Source: Armatimonadota bacterium
GTDB lineage: Bacteria > Armatimonadota > SYMT01
Direction of reading: 5' to 3'
NCBI GenBank assembly: GCA_046292385.1
Contig: JBKBRF010000001.1
Span: forward strand, 127,305 to 191,304
DNA length: 64,000 nt
In this document: positions 48,660 to 59,070 of the stretch, one piece after another
Layout of the letters: each line of letters starts with the position of its first letter
Position numbering within the stretch: the stretch's first letter is position 1
The notes under the pieces: model-generated
Seen by the model: only the letters and a program-made list of their open reading frames with translations
What the model was told of the DNA's origin: nothing
The model's database searches: none
Position numbers and translations under genes: made by a program

Positions 48660-50708
48660 ATGTCACGTGTCAATCGGCTAAAAGGCCGACTGCTCCAGAT
48701 ACTGCTCACGCCGCTGCGGCCGCTCCTGAGCCAGCTCCCCCTCCTGCGGAATCGCCACTACCTGCTGTTCGACGCGATAGTGCTCTGTCTCACGCCGCTT
48801 ATCGCCTTGCTCCTGCGGGTGGAGACTTTGGCTAACGCGGAGCGGTACGAGCAGGCGCTGCTGACCTACACCATCGTCGGGTTAGTGGTGCGCGTGCCGA
48901 TGCTCTACGCCTTCGGGCTGTACCGGCGCTTCTGGCGCTTCGCTACCGTGGACGAGCTGGCGTACAGCACGCTGGCGGTAACGACGGCGACGGTGGTGAT
49001 GTCGGCCGTGTTCGTCTGGTGCCGCGGGTTCGGGGCCCTGGACGCGCCTCCACTGCCACGCTCGGTGCCGCTCATCGAGGCGATGCTCGTCCTCGGTCTG
49101 ATCGGCAGCACCCGCTTCAGCGCGCGCATCGCTCACCGGCTCTTGCGCCAGCCGGACCAGGATGCCAAGCTGGCCCTGGTGGTCGGCGCCGGCAACACGG
49201 GGCAGATGATCGTGCGAGAGCTGCAGATGAACCCGGCAGCCGGGATGTATGCCGTCGGCTACGTGGATGACGATCCGGCAAAGCGGGGCGTGAAGATCCT
49301 GAACGTGCCGGTCCTGGGCACCTGCGAGGACCTACCGCAGCTGCTGCGCGAGCACAAGATCGAGCAGGTCATCATCGCGATGCCTACCGCCACCGGCCTC
49401 GCCATCCGCGAGACGACGGCGCGCTGCCAGGCCGCGGGGGTGCCGACGAAGATCGTCCCCGGCATGTCGGAGATCCTGGACGGCTCGATCAGCGTGGAGC
49501 AGCTCCGCAACGTCCAGATCGAGGACCTCCTGCGCCGGGAGCCGGTGCAGACCGACATCCAGGCGGTGCGGGACTTGATCCGCGGAAAGCGGGTCCTGGT
49601 CACCGGCGGCGGCGGCTCGATCGGCAGCGAGCTCTGCCGGCAGGTGCTCCGCTGCGCGCCGAGCGAGCTCGTGATCGTCGGTCACGGGGAGAACTCGGTC
49701 TTCGAGATTCAGAACGAGCTGCTGCGGTACGTGCAGCAGACCTTCCCGGACGACCGCGGGCATACCCCGGCTCCGATGATCCACGCTACGATCGCCGATA
49801 TCCGCTTTCCCGCGCGGATCCGGATGACGATCTCCCGTTTCCGGCCGGACATCATCTTCCATGCCGCCGCGCACAAGCACGTGCCGCTGATGGAGGCGCA
49901 CCCCGCGGAGGCGGTTTCCAACAACGTGCTCGGCACGAAGCACCTGCTCGACGCGGCGCTGGAGTTCGGGGTCGAGAACTTCGTGATGATCTCGACCGAC
50001 AAGGCGGTCAACCCGACGAGCGTGATGGGTGCCACCAAGCGCGCCGCGGAGCTGTTCGTACTCGATGCCGCGCGGCGCTCCGGCAAGCCGTATGTGGCGG
50101 TCCGGTTCGGCAACGTGCTCGGCAGCCGCGGCAGCGTCATCCACACCTTCAAGCGGCAGATCGCCGCGGGCGGTCCGGTCACCGTCAGCCATCCCGAGAT
50201 GCGCCGGTTCTTCATGACGATCCCGGAAGCGGTGCAACTCGTGCTGCAGGCCTCCGTGCTCGGTACGGGCGGGGAGATCTTCCTGCTCGACATGGGAGAG
50301 CCGGTCAAGATCAGCGACCTGGCGCAGGACCTGATCCGACTCTCCGGGCTGGAGGTCGGCCGGGATATCGAGGTCGTCTACAGCGGCATCCGCCCGGGAG
50401 AGAAGCTCTACGAGGAGCTGTTCGTGCCCGGTGAGACCTACCGGCCGACCTGCCACGAGAAGATCCTGATCGCGACGAACTCCAGCTCCTTCGTCCCCAA
50501 GGCGCTCCCCGCTACCCTGGATAGCCTCCGCGCCGCCGTCTCCGCCAACGACGACGTCGCAGTCATCGAGTGTCTGCAGGATCTGATTCCGGAGTACCGC
50601 GAGTACCGTGCGGAAGCGAGGCTGACCTCCCCCGCCGACGGTGATCTACTGAAGCCACAGCTCCCCGATCTGGCGTTCGCATCCGGGAAAGTAGGCTCTG
50701 CACAGTGA
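48660..50708 (+). CDS. wbpM: Membrane-bound UDP-GlcNAc 4,6-dehydratase (WbpM/CapD/PglF)
   Basis: 4 N-terminal TM; EDLLRREPV, TGGGGSIGSELCRQ, HAAAHKHVPLME, STDKAVNPTSVMGATK; start ATG 48660. Confidence 0.92.
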   Translation: MSRVNRLKGRLLQILLTPLRPLLSQLPLLRNRHYLLFDAIVLCLTPLIALLLRVETLANAERYEQALLTYTIVGLVVRVPMLYAFGLYRRFWRFATVDELAYSTLAVTTATVVMSAVFVWCRGFGALDAPPLPRSVPLIEAMLVLGLIGSTRFSARIAHRLLRQPDQDAKLALVVGAGNTGQMIVRELQMNPAAGMYAVGYVDDDPAKRGVKILNVPVLGTCEDLPQLLREHKIEQVIIAMPTATGLAIRETTARCQAAGVPTKIVPGMSEILDGSISVEQLRNVQIEDLLRREPVQTDIQAVRDLIRGKRVLVTGGGGSIGSELCRQVLRCAPSELVIVGHGENSVFEIQNELLRYVQQTFPDDRGHTPAPMIHATIADIRFPARIRMTISRFRPDIIFHAAAHKHVPLMEAHPAEAVSNNVLGTKHLLDAALEFGVENFVMISTDKAVNPTSVMGATKRAAELFVLDAARRSGKPYVAVRFGNVLGSRGSVIHTFKRQIAAGGPVTVSHPEMRRFFMTIPEAVQLVLQASVLGTGGEIFLLDMGEPVKISDLAQDLIRLSGLEVGRDIEVVYSGIRPGEKLYEELFVPGETYRPTCHEKILIATNSSSFVPKALPATLDSLRAAVSANDDVAVIECLQDLIPEYREYRAEARLTSPADGDLLKPQLPDLAFASGKVGSAQ

Positions 50709-51262
50709 CGTAGACCTCCCCGATCATCCGAGCGAAGGTAAGAAGGTAAGACCAGAGTGTTCCTTCTGAGATACATCTCAAGGGGCAGACCTGCTGGTTG
50801 GGCCGTCGTTTCCCCGGCGGCGGCCGTGTTGAGAGATCCCCGTCCCGGCCCGTAAGAGTCACTCTCCGGACGCTTCTCCGCGAACGTCGGCCACCGAGTC
50901 GCCCCTCCCGCGCATCGGTGTTCCTGGAGTGCAAAGGCAATTCCCGGGCGGGCTCTGGAATCACCTGGCACTGCTACCGAATGTCGCTCCCTTCGCGTCA
51001 GGCGGCACCGATCCATCTCCCACCAGCACCGACGATGTCGGGGGCCTTCTTTCCCTCTGTGGGCGGTCGTGTTCCGGTGTCTAGCGGGTTTACGGTGCCT
51101 GTCGAGCGGGTGACGCTGAGCGAACGGTGACGCAGAGGTGCAGCGCTCTCCCGCGCGGGACGAGACTCGCCCCGGTGCTGTGGCCGTGTAGCAGATCCTC
51201 GACACCGCTTAGTTAGCCGAGAAACCCTACCGGCAGATTCAACGTGATAGAGGCATGGACCG

Positions 51263-52279
51263 ATGATTGGTGTAGGTCTGATTGGCTACGGATATTGGGG
51301 GCCAAACCTGGCCCGTAACTTTGCTCGCAGTCGTGACGCGAAGCTGGTCTGCGTTGCCGATGCCGATACGCGCCGACTTGAAGCGGCGAAGCGGGATTGG
51401 CCCGATGTGGAAGTTACGTCATCCGCAGACATCTTGATCGAACGTCCCGATATCGAGGCCGTGATCATTGCCACCCCCACCGCAACCCACTTCCCTCTTG
51501 CCCGACAGGCACTGCTTCACAATAAGCACGTGTGGATCGAGAAGCCGCTCTGCGACAACGTCCAGGATGCTGAGCGGCTGGTACAGGAAGCCGAGCGTCG
51601 AAACCGCATCCTCCTGGTTGACCATACTTTTGTCTATACCGAAGCTGTCCGCTGGATGCAGAACTATGTGCATAGTGGAGAGTTGGGGGAGCTTTACTAC
51701 ATCGATTCGATCCGCGCCAACCTGGGGCTGTTTCAACGAGATGTAAGTGTTCTCTGGGATCTTGCCCCCCATGACCTTTCGATCTTTGGGGCGGTGATCG
51801 GACGCTCTCCGGTCTCCGTCCGCGCGATAGGAGCGTGCCACGCGGGCAGTCGGATGCCCGATATAGCCTACCTCGATCTCGATTATGGAGACTCGATCTT
51901 GGCTCACCTCCATGTGAGCTGGTTGTCTCCGGTTAAGGTGCGACGAACGGTCATCGGCGGAAGTAAGCGGATGATGGTTTTCGATGACCTCGCGCCGGTC
52001 GAGAAGGTCAAAGTCTATGACAGCGGCGTATCGATCCAGTCCGGTGAATCGGGGCCGGAGAACGGGTATCGAATGCTCGTAGAGTATCGAGTTGGCGACA
52101 TGCTGTCACCAGCGCTGAAAAGCACCGAAGCTTTGGCCACCGAGGTTGCGCACTTCCTTCACTGCATCCGTAATGGGGAACAGCCGGCGACTGGCGGGCG
52201 AGCTGGCCTCGAGGTAGTTCGGATCCTGGCTGCCGCGCAGCAGAGCATGGAGAGCGACGGTGAGAGAGTAAGGATATGA
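51263..52279 (+). CDS. Gfo/Idh/MocA oxidoreductase (WbpB/WlbA-like role)
   Basis: GYGYWGPN, IEKPL, WDLAPHD, SWLSPVKVR; adjacent to acetyl- and aminotransferase genes. Confidence 0.82.
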   Translation: MIGVGLIGYGYWGPNLARNFARSRDAKLVCVADADTRRLEAAKRDWPDVEVTSSADILIERPDIEAVIIATPTATHFPLARQALLHNKHVWIEKPLCDNVQDAERLVQEAERRNRILLVDHTFVYTEAVRWMQNYVHSGELGELYYIDSIRANLGLFQRDVSVLWDLAPHDLSIFGAVIGRSPVSVRAIGACHAGSRMPDIAYLDLDYGDSILAHLHVSWLSPVKVRRTVIGGSKRMMVFDDLAPVEKVKVYDSGVSIQSGESGPENGYRMLVEYRVGDMLSPALKSTEALATEVAHFLHCIRNGEQPATGGRAGLEVVRILAAAQQSMESDGERVRI

Positions 52280-52776
52280 GTGAGCTTCCTACGTACAATC
52301 GCGTCGCGCCTGATGTCCGCCTCGGCGAAGAGGTGAAGCTTTTTGGATTCGTCAATCTTTACGGATGCACGATCGGTGCGCACTCCAAGATCGGTGCATT
52401 CGTAGAGATTCAGAAGAACGCCGTGATTGGTGAATACTGCAAGGTATCGAGTCACACCTTCATCTGTGAGGGTGTCACGGTAGAGGATCACGTCTTCATC
52501 GGCCACGGGGTCATGTTCACGAATGATCTTTATCCGCGTGCAAGCAGTGGTGATCGTCTGCTGACTGACGAGGATTGGCAGGTAGTCCCCACGCGAGTAT
52601 GCCGTGGTGCGTCGATCGGAAGCGGAGCGGTTATTCTCGCAGGTGTTACCATCGGCGAGCTCGCCATCATCGGCGCGGGTGCCGTCGTCACGCGCGACGT
52701 GCCCGCCAATTCCATCGTGGCGGGCGTACCCGCACGCGTGAAGCGTCTAGTGCAGGAAGGGGAGCCCGGTGAGTAA
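52276..52776 (+). CDS. Hexapeptide-repeat N-acetyltransferase (WbpD/WlbB-like)
   Basis: Left-handed beta-helix repeats, VMFTNDLYPR, GASIGSGA, VVTRDVP, GVPAR. Confidence 0.85.
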   Translation: MSELPTYNRVAPDVRLGEEVKLFGFVNLYGCTIGAHSKIGAFVEIQKNAVIGEYCKVSSHTFICEGVTVEDHVFIGHGVMFTNDLYPRASSGDRLLTDEDWQVVPTRVCRGASIGSGAVILAGVTIGELAIIGAGAVVTRDVPANSIVAGVPARVKRLVQEGEPGE

Positions 52777-53905
52777 GAGCGAGAGTGGCGGCACGCCCGT
52801 GGTGCCTTGGATGGATCTGAGGCAGCAGTACGACAGTCTGCGCGACGAGGTCTTGACCGCGCTGGACGACGTTGCGTGCAGCTCGTCATTCGTCTTGGGG
52901 CCCCACGTCGAGCGCTTCGAGCAGTTGTTCGCCGCCTACACCGGAGCGCGTCACTGCGTGGCGGTGAACTCCGGCACTTCGGCGCTGCACCTGGCCCTCA
53001 TCTGTGCCGGCGTGGGGCCCGGGGACGAGGTGATCACGGTCCCGATGACCTTCGTCGCCACCTCCTGGGCGATCAGCTACGTCGGTGCGAACCCGGTCTT
53101 CGTAGACGTCGATCCTGCCACCTACACCATGAACGTGGACCAGGTGGAGAAGCAGATCACCCGCAGGACCAAGGCGTTGCTGCCGGTTCACCTCTACGGG
53201 CAGCCGGCCGATCTGACGCCGCTGCGGGAGATTGCCGAGCGCCACGGCATCCCGGTCATCGAAGACGCGGCGCAGTCCCACGGAGCGAGGTACCAGGGGA
53301 AGGCGGCGGGCACGATCGGCCAGAGTGGCTGTTTCAGCTTCTATCCGGGAAAGAACCTCGGCGCCTACGGGGAGGGAGGGGCCGTGGTGACCAACGACGA
53401 CGGCATTGCCTCTCGCCTGCGCGCGCTGCGCGATCACGCCCAGGGCCAGCGCTACCACCATGACGAGGTGGGCTTCAACTATCGGATGGATGCCTTCCAG
53501 GGGGCGGTGCTGAGCATCAAGCTCAAGCACCTGGAGCGCTGGACCGAGAACCGCCGGCTCCTCGCGGCCCGTTACAAGGAGCTGCTCGCCGACCTGCCGC
53601 TCAAGTTGCCCGCGGAGGCCCACGACCGGCGCCACGTCTGGCATCTCTTCGTGGTGCTGCACCGGGAGCGGGATCGCATTCGGCAGATGCTGGCGGAGCG
53701 CGGAGTGACCACCGGTTTGCACTACCCGGTTCCCGTGCACCTGCAGAAGGCGTATCGACACCTCCGGTACCGCGTGGATGACTTCCCGGTGGCAGAGCAG
53801 ATCGCCCGGGAGTGCCTGACGCTGCCGCTCTATCCCGAAATGACACAGGCACACCAGGACCAGGTCGTGCAGGCCCTGCACGAAGTGATGGAAGTGGTGC
53901 GCTGA
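52769..53905 (+). CDS. DegT/DnrJ aminotransferase (WbpE/WlbC-like)
   Basis: PVHLYGQ, EDAAQSHG, FSFYPGKNLGAYGEGG, GFNYRMD. Confidence 0.88.
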   Translation: MSKSESGGTPVVPWMDLRQQYDSLRDEVLTALDDVACSSSFVLGPHVERFEQLFAAYTGARHCVAVNSGTSALHLALICAGVGPGDEVITVPMTFVATSWAISYVGANPVFVDVDPATYTMNVDQVEKQITRRTKALLPVHLYGQPADLTPLREIAERHGIPVIEDAAQSHGARYQGKAAGTIGQSGCFSFYPGKNLGAYGEGGAVVTNDDGIASRLRALRDHAQGQRYHHDEVGFNYRMDAFQGAVLSIKLKHLERWTENRRLLAARYKELLADLPLKLPAEAHDRRHVWHLFVVLHRERDRIRQMLAERGVTTGLHYPVPVHLQKAYRHLRYRVDDFPVAEQIARECLTLPLYPEMTQAHQDQVVQALHEVMEVVR

Positions 53906-53906
53906 G

Positions 53907-54917
53907 ATGGCACAGTCATTGACCGGCGCGAAAGTGCTCATCACCGGTGGAGCGGGCTTCATCGGCTCCGAGCTAACGCGACAGGCGGTAGCCGCAGGCG
54001 CCACCGTGAGCGTGGTGGATAACCTCGTCAACGGAAAGCGGGAGAACGTCGCCGAAGTGCTCGGCGATCGATGCCGGCTCGTCGAAGCCGACATCCGCGA
54101 CGACGCCGCGATGTCGCGACTGCTGGACGGAGTAGACATCGTCTTCCACCTCGCGTGTCTCGGGGTGCGCCACTCGATCCATTCCCCGATCGAGAACCAC
54201 GAAGTGAATGCCTCGGCGACGCTGCACCTGCTCGGCCGCGCGCGGGCGCTGGGCGTGTCGCGCTTCGTCTATGTCTCCAGCTCGGAGGTCTACGGCACCG
54301 CGCAGTGGGTGCCGATGACCGAAGAGCATCCGACCGTTCCGATGACGGTCTACGGCGCCGGGAAGCTGGCGGGAGAGTGTTATACGCGTGCCTATCATCG
54401 CACCTACGACTACCCGACCGTAGTGGTTCGGCCGTTCAACTCTTTCGGGCCGCGCTGCCACCATGAAGGCGACAGCGGCGAGGTGATCCCCAAGTTCATG
54501 CTGCGAGGGATGGCCGGGCGACCGCTGGTGATCTTCGGGGACGGGACGCAGACGCGCGACTTCACTTATGTAACCGACTCCGCGCGGGGCATTCTCCTGG
54601 CAGGAACGGCGGAGGCGGCGATCGGCGAGACGATCAACGTCGGCCAGGGCCGGGAGATCCGCATCGACGAGCTTGCTGCGGAGGTCGGAAAGGTGATCGG
54701 CCGCTCCGACGTGGAGATCCGGCACGAAGCGCCGCGACCCGGAGACGTGCTCCGGCTCTACGCCGAGTCGTCGCGGGCGCGGGAGCTGTTGGGCTACGAG
54801 CCGACGGTTTCACTCCACGAAGGGTTGGCGCGGCTGCACGCCTGGTACCGCGACAGTGGGCGCTCTCCCGAGGAGCTTCTGGAGGCGGAGCGCGTGCACA
54901 ATTGGGTTACCGTATGA
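53907..54917 (+). CDS. Extended SDR: NDP-sugar dehydratase/decarboxylase-like
   Basis: GGAGFIGS, SSSEVYG, YGAGK, RPFNSFGPR, GDGTQTRDF. Confidence 0.82.
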   Translation: MAQSLTGAKVLITGGAGFIGSELTRQAVAAGATVSVVDNLVNGKRENVAEVLGDRCRLVEADIRDDAAMSRLLDGVDIVFHLACLGVRHSIHSPIENHEVNASATLHLLGRARALGVSRFVYVSSSEVYGTAQWVPMTEEHPTVPMTVYGAGKLAGECYTRAYHRTYDYPTVVVRPFNSFGPRCHHEGDSGEVIPKFMLRGMAGRPLVIFGDGTQTRDFTYVTDSARGILLAGTAEAAIGETINVGQGREIRIDELAAEVGKVIGRSDVEIRHEAPRPGDVLRLYAESSRARELLGYEPTVSLHEGLARLHAWYRDSGRSPEELLEAERVHNWVTV

Positions 54918-56044
54918 TTCCCGTTGCACGTCCCGACCTTGGAGAAGAAGAGGCGGCCGCAGCCCGAGAGGCGATTCTCTCCGGCTGGGTCACGCAGGGG
55001 CCGCAGGTGGCGCGGTTCGAGGCGGCATTTGCGGAATACGTCGGCGCGCCGCATGCCTGTGCCGTCTCGAGCTGTACCACGGCGCTGCATCTCGCGCTGC
55101 ACGCGCTCGGCGTAGGCAATGGGGACGAGGTGATCACCGTCAGCCACTCGTTCATCGCCACTGCCAACGCCGTCCGGTATTGCGGTGCGACGCCGGTCTT
55201 CGTTGATATCGAGTCGAGCTCATACAATATCGACCCGGACCGCGTGGCGGCGGCGATTACCCCGCGCACTCGCGCCATCCTAGCGGTCCACCAGATGGGC
55301 TTTCCGTGTGACATCGAGGCTGTCGTAGAGATCGCCCGTCGCGCGGGCATCCCCGTCGTCGAAGATGCGGCCTGCGCCATCGGTACCGAATTCCGCGTCG
55401 GCTCGCGCTGGGAGCGCGTCGGTAAGCCCCATGGCGACGTTGCGTGCTTCTCATTTCATCCGCGTAAGGTGATCACGACGGGTGACGGTGGGATGCTCAC
55501 GACCCGCTCGGAGGAGCTCGACGCTAAGTTCCGCCTCCTGCGTCAGCACGGCATGAGCGTTACGGATCGGCAGCGGCACGAAGCCAAGCACGTCATTTTC
55601 GAGGAGTACCCAATCGTAGGCTACAACTATCGAATGACCGACATCCAGGCAGCGGTTGGCCGAGTGCAGCTTCAACGTCTCCCGGAGCTTCTGGAGCGGC
55701 GGCGGGAGTGGGCGCGGTATTACGAGGCCGCGCTTAGCTCCATCCCGGGGATCCAGCCGCTTCCTGAAAGGGAAGACCACCGGCCTAACTACCAGTCTTA
55801 TCCCGTCAGGGTGTCGAGCGAGTACCCTGCAACGCGGGATGAACTGATGAGCCGAATGCTGGAGGCCGGTATCGCCACTCGGCGTGGGATCATGAATGCC
55901 CACCAGGAGGCTGCCTACGGAGGGGAGTGCCGTGCCGATCTGATCAATAGTGAACGCGCGCGTGACGAGGTGATCCTCCTGCCGCTCTACCCCTCCATGA
56001 CCCAGGCGGAACTGGACGCCGTCATCGGGATGATTCAGCCGTGA
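54914..56044 (+). CDS. DegT/DnrJ aminotransferase (ArnB-like)
   Basis: SGWVTQGP, SCTTALHL, EDAACAIG, FSFHPRKVITTGDGG, GYNYRMTDIQAA. Confidence 0.88.
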   Translation: MIPVARPDLGEEEAAAAREAILSGWVTQGPQVARFEAAFAEYVGAPHACAVSSCTTALHLALHALGVGNGDEVITVSHSFIATANAVRYCGATPVFVDIESSSYNIDPDRVAAAITPRTRAILAVHQMGFPCDIEAVVEIARRAGIPVVEDAACAIGTEFRVGSRWERVGKPHGDVACFSFHPRKVITTGDGGMLTTRSEELDAKFRLLRQHGMSVTDRQRHEAKHVIFEEYPIVGYNYRMTDIQAAVGRVQLQRLPELLERRREWARYYEAALSSIPGIQPLPEREDHRPNYQSYPVRVSSEYPATRDELMSRMLEAGIATRRGIMNAHQEAAYGGECRADLINSERARDEVILLPLYPSMTQAELDAVIGMIQP

Positions 56045-57042
56045 TCCGCCCCGGCTTCAACGATCAGCGATTGATCAAGCTGATCCAGGGTAGTGTCGAG
56101 GAGTGCCGTCTGGACCTTGCTGGCCGCGTCGTACTCACCGAGGCGGCGACCGGCGCCTACGTGGTGACCCCCATCATTGCCGCGCTGGCTGGGGCGGAGA
56201 GGGTGCTGGCTTTCACGCGAGCGTCACGCTACGGAAGCCTGGAGGAGGTCACGGAGGTGACCACGCGGCTCGCTCGGGCCGCTGGGGTGGAGAGCAGGCT
56301 GGAGCTCGTTACTTGTAAGCTCCAGGGTGCCGCGGTTGCCGATGTAGTCACCAACTCCGGGCATCTGCGCCCGATCGATGCGGAGATGATCCAGCGTCTT
56401 CAGCCGCACGCCGTAATCCCATTGATGTACGAAGCCTGGGAGCTCCGCCAAAAGGACCTGGATCTGAACGCGTGCAAGCGGCACGGCATCGCAGTTGCAG
56501 GTACCAATGAACGTCACCCCGCGATCGATGTATTCTCTTACCTCGGCTGCATGGCGCTCAAAGCCCTGTTCGACGCGGGAATATCGGTCTACTCCAGCCG
56601 AATCCTCCTGATCTGCGACAACCCGTTTTCGCCGTATATCGAACGGGCGCTGCGAGCGGCTGGGGCTGAGCTTCTCACGGTGACGTCACCCATGCAGCTC
56701 GAGCTCCCCGAGAAGCTCGATGCCGTGCTCGTCGCGGTAAATCCGAGTGCCAATCCCGTTCTGGGTGAGGAATTCGCGCGGGCGCTGAGCCGCCGCGCCC
56801 CCGGCGCGGTAGTGGTTCAGTTTTGGGGCGACCTGGAGCGCTCCCACTTCTGCGCCCATCACCTGGCTCTCTGGCCGGAAATGCCGCCTGCGCCCGGGCA
56901 CATGGCGGTGATTCCTTCCGACCTGGGGCCCGAGCCGGTCGTGCGCCTGCAGACCGGTGGGCTGAAAGTGGCGGAAGTTCTGCTGCGAGCAGCCGCCGAC
57001 CGTACGCCGCAGGATCTGGAGTTCATTGATGCCATCTGCTGA
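56041..57042 (+). CDS. Hypothetical protein, distantly D-2-hydroxyacid-dehydrogenase-like
   Basis: IDAEMIQRL...DLDLNACKRHGIAVAG resembles the substrate-binding lobe of 2-hydroxyacid dehydrogenases; coupled to both neighbours. Confidence 0.55.
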   Translation: MIRPGFNDQRLIKLIQGSVEECRLDLAGRVVLTEAATGAYVVTPIIAALAGAERVLAFTRASRYGSLEEVTEVTTRLARAAGVESRLELVTCKLQGAAVADVVTNSGHLRPIDAEMIQRLQPHAVIPLMYEAWELRQKDLDLNACKRHGIAVAGTNERHPAIDVFSYLGCMALKALFDAGISVYSSRILLICDNPFSPYIERALRAAGAELLTVTSPMQLELPEKLDAVLVAVNPSANPVLGEEFARALSRRAPGAVVVQFWGDLERSHFCAHHLALWPEMPPAPGHMAVIPSDLGPEPVVRLQTGGLKVAEVLLRAAADRTPQDLEFIDAIC

Positions 57043-58015
57043 TCGAATCAAGGTGCTCTTGATCGGGCAGGGACCTACCGCGAAGTCAGCCCTCGAGGGA
57101 CTTGCCGATCACTGCGATGTGCTCGGGATCGTTCGCAGCGTTCGACCGGACGACGCCGACCAGGATGATGCCCTTCTCGCCGCTCGCGAGAGGGCGATCC
57201 CGGTTTACACCGATACGACACCCGACGGGATTTACGAACGCGTAGTAGCGCTGCGACCGAGTTGTGTGGTCGTCTCCTCCTACGACCGAATCCTATCGGA
57301 GGAGATGCTGGCGCTGACCACGTTCGTCAACGTACACTATGCACTGCTCCCGTGCTATCGAGGCCGCGCAAACGTCAACTGGGCGATCTTGAATGGAGAA
57401 ACTCACACTGGTATCTCCATTCACCGCATCGCGCCGGGTCTCGATGCGGGCGCCATCCTCTTCCAGGCGGCGGTCCCGATTGGTGGGCGCGACACCGTCA
57501 CCAGCCTGTACCAGCGACTCAACACGATTCAGCGCTGCGAGTTACCCGCAGCGGTGGCGCGTGCCGTTGCGGGGCACCCCGGGGTAGCCCAGGACCCGGA
57601 GTTGGCGAGTTACGGGTGTAGCCGCGTGCCGGATGACGGGTTGATCGATTGGAGTCTTACTGCATCGCAGGTTGATCGATTGGTCCGAGGACTGGCGCCC
57701 CCATTTCCGGGTGCCTTTACCTTCTACCGGGAGACAAAGATCACCGTCACGGAGGCCGAGGTTTCACCCAACCCGCGCCGCTATATAGGTGCAGTTCCCG
57801 GAAGGGTAGTCTCCGTCTCTCGCGACGCCGGCTACGTGGACGTTCTGACCGGGGAGGGCACGGTTCGCATTCACAAGATCCGACCCGACGCCGGGGAAGA
57901 GCTGAGAGCTGCGGAGCTGATTCGTTCCACTCGCGACCAGCTCGGGCTCACAGTACTGGATCTGTTGAGACGCATCCAACGGCTCGAAGAACGGGTGACG
58001 TCTACGGACCAGTAG
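57029..58015 (+). CDS. Fmt/ArnA-type N-formyltransferase with C-terminal domain
   Basis: NVHYALLPCYRGRANVNWAILNGE, LDAGAIL, IDW, LAPPFPGAF. Confidence 0.87.
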   Translation: MPSADRIKVLLIGQGPTAKSALEGLADHCDVLGIVRSVRPDDADQDDALLAARERAIPVYTDTTPDGIYERVVALRPSCVVVSSYDRILSEEMLALTTFVNVHYALLPCYRGRANVNWAILNGETHTGISIHRIAPGLDAGAILFQAAVPIGGRDTVTSLYQRLNTIQRCELPAAVARAVAGHPGVAQDPELASYGCSRVPDDGLIDWSLTASQVDRLVRGLAPPFPGAFTFYRETKITVTEAEVSPNPRRYIGAVPGRVVSVSRDAGYVDVLTGEGTVRIHKIRPDAGEELRAAELIRSTRDQLGLTVLDLLRRIQRLEERVTSTDQ

Positions 58016-58040
58016 CCGGGCTGCAATTGAGGCTATAAGA

Positions 58041-59069
58041 GTGACACTCTCAATCATCGTTCCCTTCCTGAATGAGGCGGAGATCCTGCCCGCATTGCTT
58101 GAGCGGATTTCGAATCTGGCGAAGCGCCTCTCTCCTCTGAACGTGGAGCTCGTCCTCGTCGACGACGGATCTACTGACGGATCGGCGCAGATCGTCCGGT
58201 CAGCGACTCATCCCGAGCTCAGCATTCGCCTGGTCCGGCTGTCCCGGAACTTTGGGAGCCATGGCGCCTTTGCGGCCGGTATTTCCCACAGCACGGGGGA
58301 CGTATTGACGTTTCTCTCCGCCGACCTACAGGATCCTCCCGAGCTCATCCTCGACCTTGTGGCGGAATGGCGAGCCGGTGCGGAGATCGTCTGGGCCACG
58401 CGGCAGTCCCGTGATGATCCGTGGACCACGAAGATCTTTTCGGCAGTCTACTATCAGATGATGCGGCGGTTTGCGCTCCGCGACATGCCGCTGGGAGGCG
58501 TGGATTTCTGTCTCGTCGATCGGAAGGTTGTCGCCGCACTGGACGGTCTTCAGGAGAGGAACTCCAACATTTTCAACCTCATCATGTGGGCAGGCTTCCG
58601 GCAGACGGTCATCCCGTATGAGCGAGTCGGCCGGGTGGCCGGCACCTCGAAATGGTCCTTCTCCAGGAAAGTAAAGCTCTTTATTGACTCGTTCATTGCG
58701 TTCTCGTTCGCTCCCATTCGTCTGATCTCGCTCATCGGCGTGGTATTATCGGGCGCCGGCTTGCTCTACGCGGCCTTCATCTTCGTTCGACAACTCATGT
58801 TCGGGATCGCTGTTTCGGGTTGGTCCTCACTGATGTGCGTGGTCCTTATCTGCTCTGGAGTCCAGTTGTTGATGCAGGCGGTCATGAGCGAGTATCTCTG
58901 GAGAGCTCTGGACGCCAGCCGGAACCGCCCTCCTTATATCGTGGCCTCCGCGGAGACTATCCTGGGCGACAGTTTTGACGGGGAGTGGGCGCGCCGCGAA
59001 GCTCCGCCGGAGGAAGGCGCCGCCGGTAATCGGCGGCAGGCTGCCGGTGTAGCGGAGCCCCGCTTGTAG
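58041..59069 (+). CDS. Polyprenol-phosphate glycosyltransferase GT2 (GtrB/ArnC family)
   Basis: VDDGSTD, LSRNFGSH, ADLQDPP, GTSKW, two C-terminal TM helices, RPPYIV. Confidence 0.88.
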   Translation: MTLSIIVPFLNEAEILPALLERISNLAKRLSPLNVELVLVDDGSTDGSAQIVRSATHPELSIRLVRLSRNFGSHGAFAAGISHSTGDVLTFLSADLQDPPELILDLVAEWRAGAEIVWATRQSRDDPWTTKIFSAVYYQMMRRFALRDMPLGGVDFCLVDRKVVAALDGLQERNSNIFNLIMWAGFRQTVIPYERVGRVAGTSKWSFSRKVKLFIDSFIAFSFAPIRLISLIGVVLSGAGLLYAAFIFVRQLMFGIAVSGWSSLMCVVLICSGVQLLMQAVMSEYLWRALDASRNRPPYIVASAETILGDSFDGEWARREAPPEEGAAGNRRQAAGVAEPRL

Positions 59070-59070
59070 G

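Noticed and set aside
50709..51262. Spacer of about 550 bp with tandem gaaggtaa and short ORFs
   Set aside because: No recognisable gene, RNA motif or relic; an 8-bp doublet is not significant.
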